Positions 24,093 to 34,120 of a stretch of DNA of 44,474 nt are shown here, one piece after another. The DNA comes from a virus: positions 1 through 44,474 of IMG/VR virus record IMGVR_UViG_3300045988_095785. The stretch is one strand, 5' to 3'. The translations under genes were made by a program, and so were the position numbers. The stretch's first letter is position 1, and each line of letters starts with the position of its first letter. The notes under the pieces were generated by a model. The model did no database searches and had not been told where the DNA came from. It saw only the letters and a program-made list of their open reading frames with translations.

Positions 24093-27000
24093 ATGCTTAA
24101 AATATATGATGCAAGTGACAATAGTATATTGTATCCGCTCAACCTGCAAGGGAATGCATGGAGCATATGCCATAAGTATGACGGCAGGGATGTACTGACA
24201 TTTGAACTCTCACCGGAACATGAATCGTACAAACATATCGCTGAAGAGGTCCGCATCACGGATGGGAATAACATCTATGCTGTAAAAAATGTGGATGAGC
24301 ATGGCGGTATGGTAGTTGTGGACTGCGACATAGACCTGGATGCATGGAGAGAACGATTCTGGAAGGAATACCGAAAGACGAATGCATTACTCATAGAGGT
24401 TCTGGATGATATCAAGCCGACAGGGTGGACGATACTGGGCGCAGGCGTATTTACAAAGCGTGACACAGTGGAGGCATCCGAGGAAACTCCAATGGAATGC
24501 GTGGTATCCCTGGATATATTGACAAGGGCCTGTGAGATATATGGAGCAGTCGTTAATTATGATGTCCCTGGTAAAAAGCTATATGTGATAAACCCGGAAT
24601 CTTATACAGATAGTGGCGAGTATTTTACCGACGAATTAAACCTGCGGAGCCTGGGGTTTACCGGGAACAGTGCTGATTTCGCCACAAGGCTGTATGCATA
24701 TGGCAAGAAGGACGATGAAGGGATTCCCCTTACTTTTGCCGGAATCAATGGCGGGAAAGAGTATGTAGAGGATAAGACATACAGTAACCGCACGATATCT
24801 ATAGGATGGAGTGATGAAAGGTATACAGTAGCATCCAGTCTTCTGCAGGCGGCAAAGGAGAAACTTAAAACCCTCGCATATCCGGTGCGCTCTTACGAAT
24901 GTGATGTAAGAAACTTTAACGCTGATATGTGGCTGTATAAAATGGTCACATTGATTGACCGGCGGCGCAGAGTGCACATAAAGCACCGTGTGGTGGAATA
25001 CCGTGAATATCCGAAACGGCATGATCTGGATGTTGTTACGATATCAGCCGCGGCTCCACGGATAGAAAGCACCATCAAGCAGGTAAAAGAAGAGATCAAG
25101 TCTCAGGGCCAGCAACAGAAGAATTTCATGGACGCGGCGATAGACCGTGCTACTAAATCTATAACAGGTGCCAAAGGAGGGAATGTCCGCCTGAACTATG
25201 ACGCAGATCATAACCCATATGAGTTTTTGGTTATGGATACTAAAGATGTAAATACCGCAAAAAATATGTGGCGGTTTAATCTTGGCGGTCTGGGGCACTC
25301 AAAGAATGGGTATAACGGTCCGTATGAGCTTGCGTTAACTTCGGATGGGCAAATAAATGCCAGCCTTATAACGGTGGGAGAACTGAATGGAGCAATCATC
25401 AAGGCAGGCAGCATACAGTCAGAAACATTGTCATCAGAATATAGGCGCGCTGTTGAAAAATATAGCGAGAATAAAGCAACCGAAGCGCTGAATAACTCAA
25501 AGAAATATACAGACGGAAAATTGGTACTGTATTCCACTACAGAAGAGGTACGGACCGCCATTATACAATCTGCCGATGACATCAAGTTAGAGGCAGAACA
25601 GAAGTATACAACTACAATGTATGTCACGCAAGTGGTGGATGAGGCAAAGACTGCCGCAATCCAAGCCGGGAAGACGGCAGCTAACGCGGCAGAATCAAAT
25701 GCAAATAAATCCACAGACGAAAAACTGAAGTTGTATTCCACGACGGAAGAAATGAGATCCGCTATCAATGTGAGCGCGCAGGGTATTGAGTTGGCAGCGG
25801 CAAAAACATATGCAACTTTTGCTTATGCGGAAACAGTAGCAGACAATGCAAAAAAAGAAGCTGTGAAGGAAGGACAGAGTGCGGCGGATACGGCAGAGAA
25901 AAATGCTACAGAAGCAGGTCAGAACGCGGCAGCACAGGCTCTTGTAGATGCTAAAGCGGCGATATCTCTTGCTTCGGATGAAATCACATCCAGCGTAAAG
26001 CGGCTGGAACAGGATACCAAACATAATTACGTCGTTAATGGTGATTTTTCAGATGGCTTAAACGAATGGACGGTATCGGATGAGACAGCAATAACCCTTG
26101 TAACGGATGATGTATTGGGGAAATGTGTGAGGTTTTCAGGTACTCCGACAACGGCTTATATACGGCAGTATTGGACGAACGTAAAAGCAGGTAAATTTAA
26201 AGTCAGGTTCAAGGCCGCTGCCGAACCGGGTAGTACAGCAAAAGCAAGAGTCCGGTGTAGTTTTAATTATACATCAAAGTACACACCTATAGGAGGAATC
26301 CCTCCAGGAGAGTGGAAAGAATTTGAACTTGAATATGATGTGACAACAGATGGAAACCGCTATTTTTACATTTATGATAATGTGAGCGGCGTACCAGTAT
26401 ATGTCAAAGATGTAGAGCTGTTAGGAAACTATGAAAGTTATAATGAAGCACAATTGACCATCCTGAGCAATAGCATTGAGAGTAAGGTCGCACAAAATGA
26501 ATTTGCGAGCTATGTAACGCAATATTATGACAAGGTGATAACGGCCTTTAATAACAGCAGTAAATATGTTCAGATCAGTGCCGGTGAGATTGCTATATAC
26601 GATGGAGCCGTGAATAGTAGTAAAAAGCGTTCTGCTTTTGATGAAAGCGGCAATCATTTTTGGAGGGATGGGTATTATGTAGGGAAAATTGGTACGAATC
26701 AATGGGCAAAGAATTCAGCCCATAAAGGGCTTGTTATTGACCTGGAATATCAAGGCAAATACATGGCGCTTGCTTATCGTACGTCATCATCAGCTACGAC
26801 ATATACGACAATGCTATGTTTCAGCCAGGCAAATAGTATTTTTGATGAAAAAGGTTTGCATTTAGGGGCTGACCTTTACAGTGAGGGATACGACGTCAAT
26901 CTGGGCAGTTCTGGATGTATGACGAGCTGGAACGGTGCCATAGGCGCTCAGACGGGGTCCTTTATTGTTTGCAATACTGGTAGCAGTACAAGTTATTTTC

Positions 27001-27545
27001 GGGCAGAGCCGGACCGCACATATGTGCAAAAACTTGATGTAAATGCAGGAGGTGTGAACGTTTATAACGGCACGGGAGTGGATTTTTACACAGACCTGAA
27101 TATGCACGGATATGACATTTACAACCAGTCAGACGAGCGTATAAAGGCCAATATCGCAGACCCAGAAGTGGATGCACTGGAAAAGCTTTTGCAAATAAAT
27201 GTAAAACAGTTTGACTGGAGAACAGATGGTACCCACGTTCCGATGGGTGTGATCGCACAGCAGGTCATGCAAGTTATCCCAGAGGCAGTAACAAAGCAGG
27301 AGAATGGTTTGTACGCTGTCAGCTTTATGAAATTTGTAGCATATTTAATCCGTTCCGTACAACAGCTATACGAAATGATTAATCCGGTGAATGCCATATC
27401 ACTATTGGAAAATACGGGAGTGAAAACGGTTTACACTGATGAACAAATTGAAGAGGCTGTTAAACTTGCAATGGACCCGAAACCAAAAGAGTTAGATTTC
27501 GAGAAGCCAGAACCACTAGAAATGACTATAGATATGGAGGTATAA
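24093..27545 (+). CDS. tail-associated protein (Tal / prophage-tail N-domain) with coiled-coil repeats and a C-terminal S74-type intramolecular chaperone domain
   Basis: N-terminus MLKIYD...LTFELS is typical of minor structural/tail proteins. The C-terminal SDERIKANI...FDWR...GVIAQQV resembles the chaperone-of-endosialidase domain. Confidence 0.8.
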   Translation: MLKIYDASDNSILYPLNLQGNAWSICHKYDGRDVLTFELSPEHESYKHIAEEVRITDGNNIYAVKNVDEHGGMVVVDCDIDLDAWRERFWKEYRKTNALLIEVLDDIKPTGWTILGAGVFTKRDTVEASEETPMECVVSLDILTRACEIYGAVVNYDVPGKKLYVINPESYTDSGEYFTDELNLRSLGFTGNSADFATRLYAYGKKDDEGIPLTFAGINGGKEYVEDKTYSNRTISIGWSDERYTVASSLLQAAKEKLKTLAYPVRSYECDVRNFNADMWLYKMVTLIDRRRRVHIKHRVVEYREYPKRHDLDVVTISAAAPRIESTIKQVKEEIKSQGQQQKNFMDAAIDRATKSITGAKGGNVRLNYDADHNPYEFLVMDTKDVNTAKNMWRFNLGGLGHSKNGYNGPYELALTSDGQINASLITVGELNGAIIKAGSIQSETLSSEYRRAVEKYSENKATEALNNSKKYTDGKLVLYSTTEEVRTAIIQSADDIKLEAEQKYTTTMYVTQVVDEAKTAAIQAGKTAANAAESNANKSTDEKLKLYSTTEEMRSAINVSAQGIELAAAKTYATFAYAETVADNAKKEAVKEGQSAADTAEKNATEAGQNAAAQALVDAKAAISLASDEITSSVKRLEQDTKHNYVVNGDFSDGLNEWTVSDETAITLVTDDVLGKCVRFSGTPTTAYIRQYWTNVKAGKFKVRFKAAAEPGSTAKARVRCSFNYTSKYTPIGGIPPGEWKEFELEYDVTTDGNRYFYIYDNVSGVPVYVKDVELLGNYESYNEAQLTILSNSIESKVAQNEFASYVTQYYDKVITAFNNSSKYVQISAGEIAIYDGAVNSSKKRSAFDESGNHFWRDGYYVGKIGTNQWAKNSAHKGLVIDLEYQGKYMALAYRTSSSATTYTTMLCFSQANSIFDEKGLHLGADLYSEGYDVNLGSSGCMTSWNGAIGAQTGSFIVCNTGSSTSYFRAEPDRTYVQKLDVNAGGVNVYNGTGVDFYTDLNMHGYDIYNQSDERIKANIADPEVDALEKLLQINVKQFDWRTDGTHVPMGVIAQQVMQVIPEAVTKQENGLYAVSFMKFVAYLIRSVQQLYEMINPVNAISLLENTGVKTVYTDEQIEEAVKLAMDPKPKELDFEKPEPLEMTIDMEV

Positions 27546-27546
27546 A

Positions 27547-27837
27547 ATGAAGAAAAAAGAAGCTCCTGAAATGAGAAAAGTACAGATTTCGACGCCTGTA
27601 GCAATCAGCAGGGCCGAAGCTGAAATCGGTGACGCCGTTATGGGAGTTGCCCGAAAGTATGGACTTACGAGCACATGGCTGGACTGTGCACTGGCGAATG
27701 TGGTTGTAAAAGTGAAAGAAATGAGGGCTTCCGAATATGCTGCGGAGTTGACGAGAATGACAATTGAAATGGATGCGATCCAGAGAGAGGCAGCCGAAAA
27801 AGAAGGTGATGAAAATGAGCGAACTGAAGATAATTAA
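27547..27837 (+). CDS. hypothetical tail-module protein (96 aa)
   Basis: ORF track; GGAGGT RBS. Confidence 0.5.
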   Translation: MKKKEAPEMRKVQISTPVAISRAEAEIGDAVMGVARKYGLTSTWLDCALANVVVKVKEMRASEYAAELTRMTIEMDAIQREAAEKEGDENERTEDN

Positions 27838-29476
27838 GGATGATATCGTACTTGATTTTTACAGCAGTGGCACGGAAGTGGTCTATGCAAAACAGGGAGA
27901 TACAGGCCGCGTCCTGAAGATCGCATTGAGGGAGGCAGGGAAGGAATACCAGATACCTGCCGGAGTTACCGCAAGAATTGCCTGCGGTACTTTTTGGAAC
28001 GAATGTACCATTCAGGATAATAAAGTGCTGGCTCCTTTGTCATCCGATATGTTGTACAGCGGCAGGCAGCCTTGTCAGATAGAGCTTATGATGGGGGATG
28101 CAAGAGTATCAACAGCAAATTTCATCCTTTATACTGAAGCATCAGCCAGGGATGATAACGCTATTATGGGATCTAATAAATACGGTGTGCTTGATGGTCT
28201 TATTGACAAGGCATTTAATGATGCGGAACAGACCGGAAAAGATGCGGAGCAGACGGCGGCTGACAGGAAAGCTACAGGAGAGGACAGGGGGGCGGTCGCA
28301 GCGGACAGAAAGGCAGTTGAAAAAATCAATAATGATTTCACCCTCACCGCACAGCAGGCCGTAACTGACGTAAACAATGCCGGCCAGACTCAGACACAGC
28401 GAGTCAATGAGGCCGGAGACACCCAGGTATCCCGCATCCAGGCGGAGGGCACCACCCAGGTAAAAAATGTCCAGACAGCCGCGGCAGAGATAACCGCAGA
28501 CCGCACTCAGATACATACTAACCGGGATAACACCGCACAGCTCCAGCGTACCACGGCAAGCGCAATCATACGGGAGGCGGCGGGGAGCTTTCTTACCCTG
28601 GAGGATGCGGCGGAGGGCAAAGGATACCGCAAGCTGGATGTGCAGGGGATGACGGTGCAGGATGGGGTTCCGGAGCCGGAAGCAGAAGCGCCGCTGAAAA
28701 ATGTAGGGGTACTGAACCCGAAGACCGGTAAGTATGAGGTGAAGGTGACATCGTGTAAAAACAACCTGCTTGATATGACCGGAGCAAAAGGCGGTACCGC
28801 TGCGGGAATAACTACAGTCGTAAACCCAGATGGTACATTAACCAGTAATGGCACTGGTACAGGTGCGCCAGTCGCTGTATGGTTGTTAGGCAAGTATACA
28901 GCAGATATTACAGGCGATAATGTATTAATGGTGCTCCAAGCCGGTAAAACATACTATATATCAGATGTAGTATTGTTTATGGGCACAGAATATCCGGCAC
29001 AATACAAATTTTTTGTTGACCCGGAAAAATATCCCGAAGGTTTTAAGGTCACAGGCGTACGCCATGCTCAAATAGATTCCGGAACGGTGCTGACAAATAA
29101 AGTCTATTATCCCCGTGTAATACTGGGAGACAAAGACACCGGCTGGGAACCCTACAAAGGCCGCACAGCCACCGTAACCTCAGACCGTCCGCTTACACAG
29201 TGGGACAAGCTTACATGCAGGGATGGCGTGTGGGGATGCTTATACGACATAGGCAAAGACACAGAGACATGGACGCCTCTCACAGACCAGGAGCAATCCG
29301 CCATGAACGCCCTGTGCAGTTATGCCGGTACCACCCACATCTGGACAGATGACCCGCTACAGCCTGTTATCTCCCTGGAGTACACCGTGGACACAGAGAC
29401 ATACATCCGGGAGACATTAGGAGGGTTAAGGCTCTCTATAAATCCCAATGATATGGGACTGGACATTAATTATTAA
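27815..29476 (+). CDS. BppU-like baseplate upper protein / fibre
   Basis: N-terminus IVLDFYSSGTEVVYAKQGDTGRVLKI resembles the BppU N-domain. Central A/Q/T-rich coiled coil. Confidence 0.65.
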   Translation: MSELKIIKDDIVLDFYSSGTEVVYAKQGDTGRVLKIALREAGKEYQIPAGVTARIACGTFWNECTIQDNKVLAPLSSDMLYSGRQPCQIELMMGDARVSTANFILYTEASARDDNAIMGSNKYGVLDGLIDKAFNDAEQTGKDAEQTAADRKATGEDRGAVAADRKAVEKINNDFTLTAQQAVTDVNNAGQTQTQRVNEAGDTQVSRIQAEGTTQVKNVQTAAAEITADRTQIHTNRDNTAQLQRTTASAIIREAAGSFLTLEDAAEGKGYRKLDVQGMTVQDGVPEPEAEAPLKNVGVLNPKTGKYEVKVTSCKNNLLDMTGAKGGTAAGITTVVNPDGTLTSNGTGTGAPVAVWLLGKYTADITGDNVLMVLQAGKTYYISDVVLFMGTEYPAQYKFFVDPEKYPEGFKVTGVRHAQIDSGTVLTNKVYYPRVILGDKDTGWEPYKGRTATVTSDRPLTQWDKLTCRDGVWGCLYDIGKDTETWTPLTDQEQSAMNALCSYAGTTHIWTDDPLQPVISLEYTVDTETYIRETLGGLRLSINPNDMGLDINY

Positions 29477-29492
29477 GAAGGAGGTAGATACT

Positions 29493-30635
29493 ATGAGTAC
29501 AATTAACATTCCCCGCGAATCGACCATGCAGGAGATAGCTCAGGCGCTCAATCTCATTGCTATATCGGTCACGGGGCAGACACCGGAAATAAGTACGTGG
29601 GCATCTGTACAGCGCATAGTTCGGAGTGGATTTGGGAAAAAAGCATTTCCTGTCGGGTCGCAATTGAGGGTGCAGCATGAAACATACGGAGAGATAATCT
29701 GGGATGTAGTAGCCCACGATTATGACAAGGACCCAAATGGTAGGATGGAACACAGTATGACTCTACTGAGCCATGATTGTGTCATCAACTCAATCCAGTT
29801 TGATAATACAGAGGCACTTTATAAAGCAGAAACAACGATGGCGGCAGGAACCTATCATTTTACGCTACTGGCAGGATACGATACCAGTTATGGAGGTGGT
29901 AAGACGCTACAGTTTACGCTTACAAAAGCCGTGCCTGCGGGCGGGGTGGTTATGTTTCCGTGGTCGTATAATACGCAGTCAACAGCCACAAAGATAAGTA
30001 CATATGAGACGCAAGTAAGCACTACAGCTCTGGAGACGGTGACGGTCACAGAGGGCACCGGGGGAACGGATCTAGGAACCGCAGACGGAAAAGGAGCACT
30101 CAACCACACGCACCGCATCCGGTACGGTTCCAGTAACTGGAAGGAGTCAGCACTGAGACAGATGCTGAACAGCGATAAGGCAGTAGGAACATTTTGGACA
30201 CCGCAGACAAAATATGATAGGCCGCCAACGTGGAACGCTTCAATAGCTGGATTTATGGCTGGACTGCCGGCAGACTTCCTGGAAGTGGTTGGAATCTGTT
30301 CGCACATAACGAAGTCCAACGGCATCCACGAGGAGGCGGATGAGTTGAACAGTTCCTATGAAACACAGGACAGATTCTGGCTGGCATCATACTCAGAGGT
30401 GTTCGGAGGCATGGAGAACAATGTGGCAGACGGAACACAGTACCCATATTACAGCGGAGCACTGGCCGCTGACAGAATCAAATACAATAGCAGCGGAGCT
30501 GCTAGGTTCTGGTGGTTGCGGTCTCCGAACCCCTGGGTCACTTACTCTGTGCGCCTTGTGCGCCCTGACGGTTCTGTGGGCAGCGACTATGCGCACAGTT
30601 CCCTCGGTGCGGCGGTGGCTTGTGCAATCTACTAA
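29493..30635 (+). CDS. putative receptor-binding protein (C-terminal WWLRSP-type, DUF6273-like)
   Basis: AAGGAGG RBS. The FWWLRSPNPW...VRLVRPDG motif was recognised from memory. Confidence 0.6.
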   Translation: MSTINIPRESTMQEIAQALNLIAISVTGQTPEISTWASVQRIVRSGFGKKAFPVGSQLRVQHETYGEIIWDVVAHDYDKDPNGRMEHSMTLLSHDCVINSIQFDNTEALYKAETTMAAGTYHFTLLAGYDTSYGGGKTLQFTLTKAVPAGGVVMFPWSYNTQSTATKISTYETQVSTTALETVTVTEGTGGTDLGTADGKGALNHTHRIRYGSSNWKESALRQMLNSDKAVGTFWTPQTKYDRPPTWNASIAGFMAGLPADFLEVVGICSHITKSNGIHEEADELNSSYETQDRFWLASYSEVFGGMENNVADGTQYPYYSGALAADRIKYNSSGAARFWWLRSPNPWVTYSVRLVRPDGSVGSDYAHSSLGAAVACAIY

Positions 30636-30662
30636 TTATCAAAATAAGATAGGAGGAAAGAT

Positions 30663-31124
30663 ATGGGAATAATGGTGACAGAAAGTGAAAGATTGGCGAA
30701 AATGCAGAAATTATATGAAACCACAAAGGCAGAGCAGTCCGATGTACAACAGACAGCTTATGAAACAGCAGTTAGCGAAAAAGATGTGGAAGCGGCGGCG
30801 GAAACAGCAAGGAAAATCAGAGACAAAATGTTGGCAGAGAGCGACAAAGAAGTTGTGCTTGACAGACTGGGCTTACAGGTGCCAGCCGGAAAGACATTTA
30901 CTGTATGGTTAGATTTTTTAACCACACTGGGGCAAGCCTTAAATGGTGAATGGACGCGATACCGGGAGGCATTAAGAGATATACCAGAGCAGGATGGCTT
31001 CCCATTTGAGATTAAGTGGCCTGTCAAACCAAGCAAAACCCTAGTGCTGGAACCGGTTGAACCAGAGCCTACCCCAGACCCAGTAGACCCGCCGGTTGCC
31101 CCGCCGGTTGACCCGGTAGAGTAA
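30663..31124 (+). CDS. tail-fibre assembly/chaperone-like protein with a Pro-rich tail
   Basis: Position after the RBP. Motif RDIPEQDGFPFEIKWPVKP. Confidence 0.5.
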   Translation: MGIMVTESERLAKMQKLYETTKAEQSDVQQTAYETAVSEKDVEAAAETARKIRDKMLAESDKEVVLDRLGLQVPAGKTFTVWLDFLTTLGQALNGEWTRYREALRDIPEQDGFPFEIKWPVKPSKTLVLEPVEPEPTPDPVDPPVAPPVDPVE

Positions 31125-31147
31125 CCGCATATGGCAGAGATAAGAGC

Positions 31148-31171
31148 AGGACCGGAGACGGTCTTATTTTT
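31148..31171 (+). terminator. rho-independent terminator ending the structural operon
   Basis: AGGACCG-GAGA-CGGTCTT followed by ATTTTTAT. Confidence 0.7.
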
Positions 31172-31207
31172 ATATCATAAAGCAGCTTGGTAGGCGGGAA
31201 GGAGAGC

Positions 31208-31552
31208 ATGTTGCACGAAATAATCGCATATATCGACAACAACTGGGTTGTCTGGCTGTTTGCTGCGATTACGGCAATCATAGGCGCAGGATACAGGAAT
31301 TTGGCGAAAAAGCAGAAAGAGGAATCAGAAAAGAATAAGGCGATAAGCAGCGGTATGGAAGCCCTGCTTAGAGATAGGATCATACAGGCATACAACCATT
31401 ACAAAGAAAGAGGCAACTGTCCTATTTATGCAAAGGAGAATGTACGCCGCATGTATGAGGCTTACCATACGCTGGGAGGGAACGATGTCGCCACGAAGTT
31501 AAAAGATGAATTATTGAACATGCCAACAGATTCAGACGAAAAGGAGATTTGA
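31208..31552 (+). CDS. membrane protein of the lysis cassette (holin-associated)
   Basis: N-terminal TM helix. GGAAGGAG RBS. Position before the holin gene. Confidence 0.55.
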   Translation: MLHEIIAYIDNNWVVWLFAAITAIIGAGYRNLAKKQKEESEKNKAISSGMEALLRDRIIQAYNHYKERGNCPIYAKENVRRMYEAYHTLGGNDVATKLKDELLNMPTDSDEKEI

Positions 31553-31554
31553 TT

Positions 31555-31842
31555 ATGGATTTAGGATTTATACAGGATTATTATATTCCGGTAGTATTAG
31601 TGGCCTGCCTGGTAGTAGGTTATTGCATTAAACATATCACATGGCTTGATAAGGTCAGTAACCAGTACATACCCTCTATTTTAGCTGTTCTTGGCGCTAT
31701 CCTAGGATGTGTGGCAAATGGTACCATAACGCTGGAGACAGTGGTGTATGGCGCTTTTACAGGACTTGCAAGTACAGGACTACATCAGGCTTTTACAAAA
31801 CTGATTAATAGAGATGGTAAAAAAGAAACAGAGGGCGAGTGA
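31555..31842 (+). CDS. holin
   Basis: Two to three TM helices and a charged C-terminus. ATG 31555 lies 8 nt after AAGGAG. Confidence 0.7.
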   Translation: MDLGFIQDYYIPVVLVACLVVGYCIKHITWLDKVSNQYIPSILAVLGAILGCVANGTITLETVVYGAFTGLASTGLHQAFTKLINRDGKKETEGE

Positions 31843-31855
31843 TCGCTCTCTTTTT
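31830..31855 (+). terminator. hairpin + T5 placed exactly over the holin stop codon
   Basis: AGAGGGCGA-GTGA-TCGCTCTCT followed by TTTT. The stop codon TGA sits in the loop. Confidence 0.5.
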
Positions 31856-31888
31856 GCGCCGGCGCAATGCCGGGGGAAGGACACAACT

Positions 31889-32938
31889 ATGAAGACATTA
31901 AAGATTATTGATGTATCAGAACACAACGGGAGAATTAACTGGGAGCAGGCCAAAAACCATATTGACGGAGCGATTATCCGGTGTGGATACGGTATGGACC
32001 AGACTGATCAGGATGATAAATACTGGAAACGCAATGCAGACGAGTGCACGAGACTTGGTATTCCATTCGGGGTGTATTTGTACTCTTATGCTGACACAGA
32101 CGCAAAGAGCCGTAGTGAGGCCGCACATGTGCTCCGGTGTATTAAGGGATACAAACTGTCATATCCCGTATACTATGATCTGGAGGAAGAAAAGGAAGGA
32201 ACCCGCAGGCAGGCTGTAAGAGGGGCGAAAATCTTTGCTGATATTGTGGAGGCGGCAGGTTACACCGTGGGCATCTACGCCAACGAGAATTGGTACAAGA
32301 CCATCATCGGCAGCGCTCTGGACAAATATACTAAGTGGGTGGCTAAGTACAGCTCTAAGGCTCCGAATGTGCCTGACGTGGACATCTGGCAGTACAGCAG
32401 CTCTGGAAGCGTGCCAGGACTGACCGGTAATGGAGGCAGAGTTGATGTCAACCATTGTTACCGAGATTTTGTGTCAGAGATTACAGGTGGATGCGCTCCG
32501 ACGTCAAAGCCTGACACCGCCAAACCTGCACCCGGATACAGCCCGATCAGGAGAGACGGACAGATACATCTTAATAACTTTACGAGTGTTGGGATTGATG
32601 TAGATGGTGAAGACGGGCCTGAGACAAGGCGGGGAGCTGTTATGGTACTGCAGACAGGTCTTAACATGGATTACCGCGCTGGCCTGGATGTAGACGGTAT
32701 CTGGGGACCTGCGACAGAACGGGCGCTGGGCAGCCACTATGTATGCAAGGGAGAGTGTCAGTACATGGTGACGGCACTGGAGATCCTGCTTATGCTCAAA
32801 GGCTACAACCCTCAGGGCGTAGAGTGTCCTGGCAGCTTCGGCACTGGCCTGGAGGCAGCCGTGCGGCAGTACCAGCGTGACCACGGGCTTACTGTGGATG
32901 GTATCGCAGGATATAAGACATTTAAGAGCTTGCTGTAA
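31889..32938 (+). CDS. endolysin: GH25 muramidase + two peptidoglycan-binding (PG_binding_1-like) repeats
   Basis: N-terminus IIDVSEHNGRINW...GAIIRCGYG...GVYLYSY is GH25-like. C-terminal LDVDGIWGPAT and LTVDGIAGYKT motifs. Confidence 0.85.
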   Translation: MKTLKIIDVSEHNGRINWEQAKNHIDGAIIRCGYGMDQTDQDDKYWKRNADECTRLGIPFGVYLYSYADTDAKSRSEAAHVLRCIKGYKLSYPVYYDLEEEKEGTRRQAVRGAKIFADIVEAAGYTVGIYANENWYKTIIGSALDKYTKWVAKYSSKAPNVPDVDIWQYSSSGSVPGLTGNGGRVDVNHCYRDFVSEITGGCAPTSKPDTAKPAPGYSPIRRDGQIHLNNFTSVGIDVDGEDGPETRRGAVMVLQTGLNMDYRAGLDVDGIWGPATERALGSHYVCKGECQYMVTALEILLMLKGYNPQGVECPGSFGTGLEAAVRQYQRDHGLTVDGIAGYKTFKSLL

Positions 32939-33129
32939 TCCGGCTCGACGTCGAGTTTCTGACATAATAATAGCCCCGGTGATGAGCCGGGGCAAACAAA
33001 AGGGAGCCAGCTACAGCCGGTCCCCAGATTCGTGTTTTACACAGTTAATGTGTACGCAAGCATCATATCATATAAAGCATTTGTTTACAAGTTTAAATAA
33101 CAAACAAATCCATGTTTTTCCCTTATAGT

Positions 33130-33225
33130 AAAAAAACCGCCAAATGGCGGCCCCGCGTCCGACGACATTACATGTCGCTTAAACGTTAATTCGGTTGAGC
33201 GGGTATACAGCATATTTCTATCTGC
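33130..33225 (-). ncRNA. candidate small RNA (about 96 nt)
   Basis: Minus-strand promoter TTGACA-17-TATTAT with an extended TG (33232-33260). Terminator CCGCC-ATTT-GGCGG + T7 (33130-33150). No RBS or credible ORF. Confidence 0.3.
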
Positions 33226-33231
33226 AAGTAT

Positions 33232-33260
33232 ATAATAGCAGTTTTTGAAGCGGTTGTCAA
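33232..33260 (-). promoter_or_regulatory. promoter TTGACA-17-(TG)cTATTAT
   Basis: Read on the reverse complement. Confidence 0.5.
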
Positions 33261-33368
33261 TATACTGACAATTAATTGACAATATTTTGACAGCCAAAAA
33301 CAGATATTATTTTACACAATATGCAGAAAATGGCCGACAAGTCCGGCAAGATGTGTTATACTGATAAA

Positions 33369-33451
33369 ACAGGAGCACTACTGTAACTATCAACGCACAG
33401 AGGGCAACTGTAAAACGCTGTAAGGCTCCGGGTCTCCCGCCGGGGCCTTTT
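33369..33451 (+). ncRNA. candidate small RNA (about 83 nt) ending in hairpin repeat A
   Basis: Extended -10 TGTTATACT at 33354-33362; -35 CCGACA. Terminator AAGGCTCCGG/CCGGGGCCTT + TTTT at 33422-33451. Three CTGTAA motifs; no ORF. Confidence 0.3.
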
Positions 33452-33559
33452 ATAATTAAAAAAAATTGGTTATACTTCAATAATACAGTATTGTAGTATC
33501 ATTTAATCAAAATATGCATAAAATAATCATGAAATGCTGATGAAATATTTTAAAAATGA

Positions 33560-33587
33560 TTGATTTTTAACAAATCCGTAGTATACT
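33560..33587 (+). promoter_or_regulatory. promoter TTGATT-16-TATACT for the antitoxin/toxin pair
   Basis: Lies in the AT-rich region 95 nt upstream of ATG 33683. Confidence 0.5.
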
Positions 33588-33682
33588 AAAGGTGAACAAA
33601 GTAATGATAAGTAACGTTAAATGGAAGTGGATAACAATTTGTTTATTTATCATACAATTATGTATACGGGAGGGAAAAAGCT

Positions 33683-34120
33683 ATGGCGAATGTATTTGAT
33701 GTTGCAAAATATGTTTTAAAAAGACTTGGACCCATTACTACCATGAAACTTGAAAAAGAAGTGTATTATTGCCAAGCGTGGTCATTGGGATGGGATGAAA
33801 AGCCATTATTTCATGAAGACTTTCAAGCGTGGGCTAACGGACCTGTTTGCCCGGAACTTTTTCATAAGCATAAAGGCAAGTTTGTAATTGATGAAACGTT
33901 GTTTGATGATATCCCAGATTGTGTGTTTACTATGGATGAGATAGAAACAATGGACGCAGTTTTGGACTATTATGGAGATAAAGAGCCGCAATGGTTGAGT
34001 GAGCTTACGCATAAGGAAGCACCTTGGAAATCAGCTAGGGTTGGAGTACGAGCTGGGCAGGCATGTAGTAATGTAATTAGCAAAGAAAGTATGATGCAAT
34101 ATTACGGAGGCTTGCAATAA
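33683..34120 (+). CDS. Panacea/SocA-type (DUF4065) antitoxin-domain protein
   Basis: FDVAKYVLKRLGPITTMKLEKEVYYCQAWSLGWDEKPLFHEDFQAWANGPVCPELF is the characteristic DUF4065 pattern. Confidence 0.75.
   Translation: MANVFDVAKYVLKRLGPITTMKLEKEVYYCQAWSLGWDEKPLFHEDFQAWANGPVCPELFHKHKGKFVIDETLFDDIPDCVFTMDEIETMDAVLDYYGDKEPQWLSELTHKEAPWKSARVGVRAGQACSNVISKESMMQYYGGLQ

Noticed and set aside
27815-30635. Diversity-generating retroelement targeting the receptor-binding genes
   Set aside because: There is no reverse transcriptase ORF in the window, and I could find no template/variable repeat pair near the fibre genes.
33085-33297. 70-aa minus-strand ORF in the post-lysis intergenic region
   Set aside because: It reads straight through a strong intrinsic terminator hairpin and T-run, and no SD precedes any of its Met codons. 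The region is interpreted instead as a small-RNA unit.
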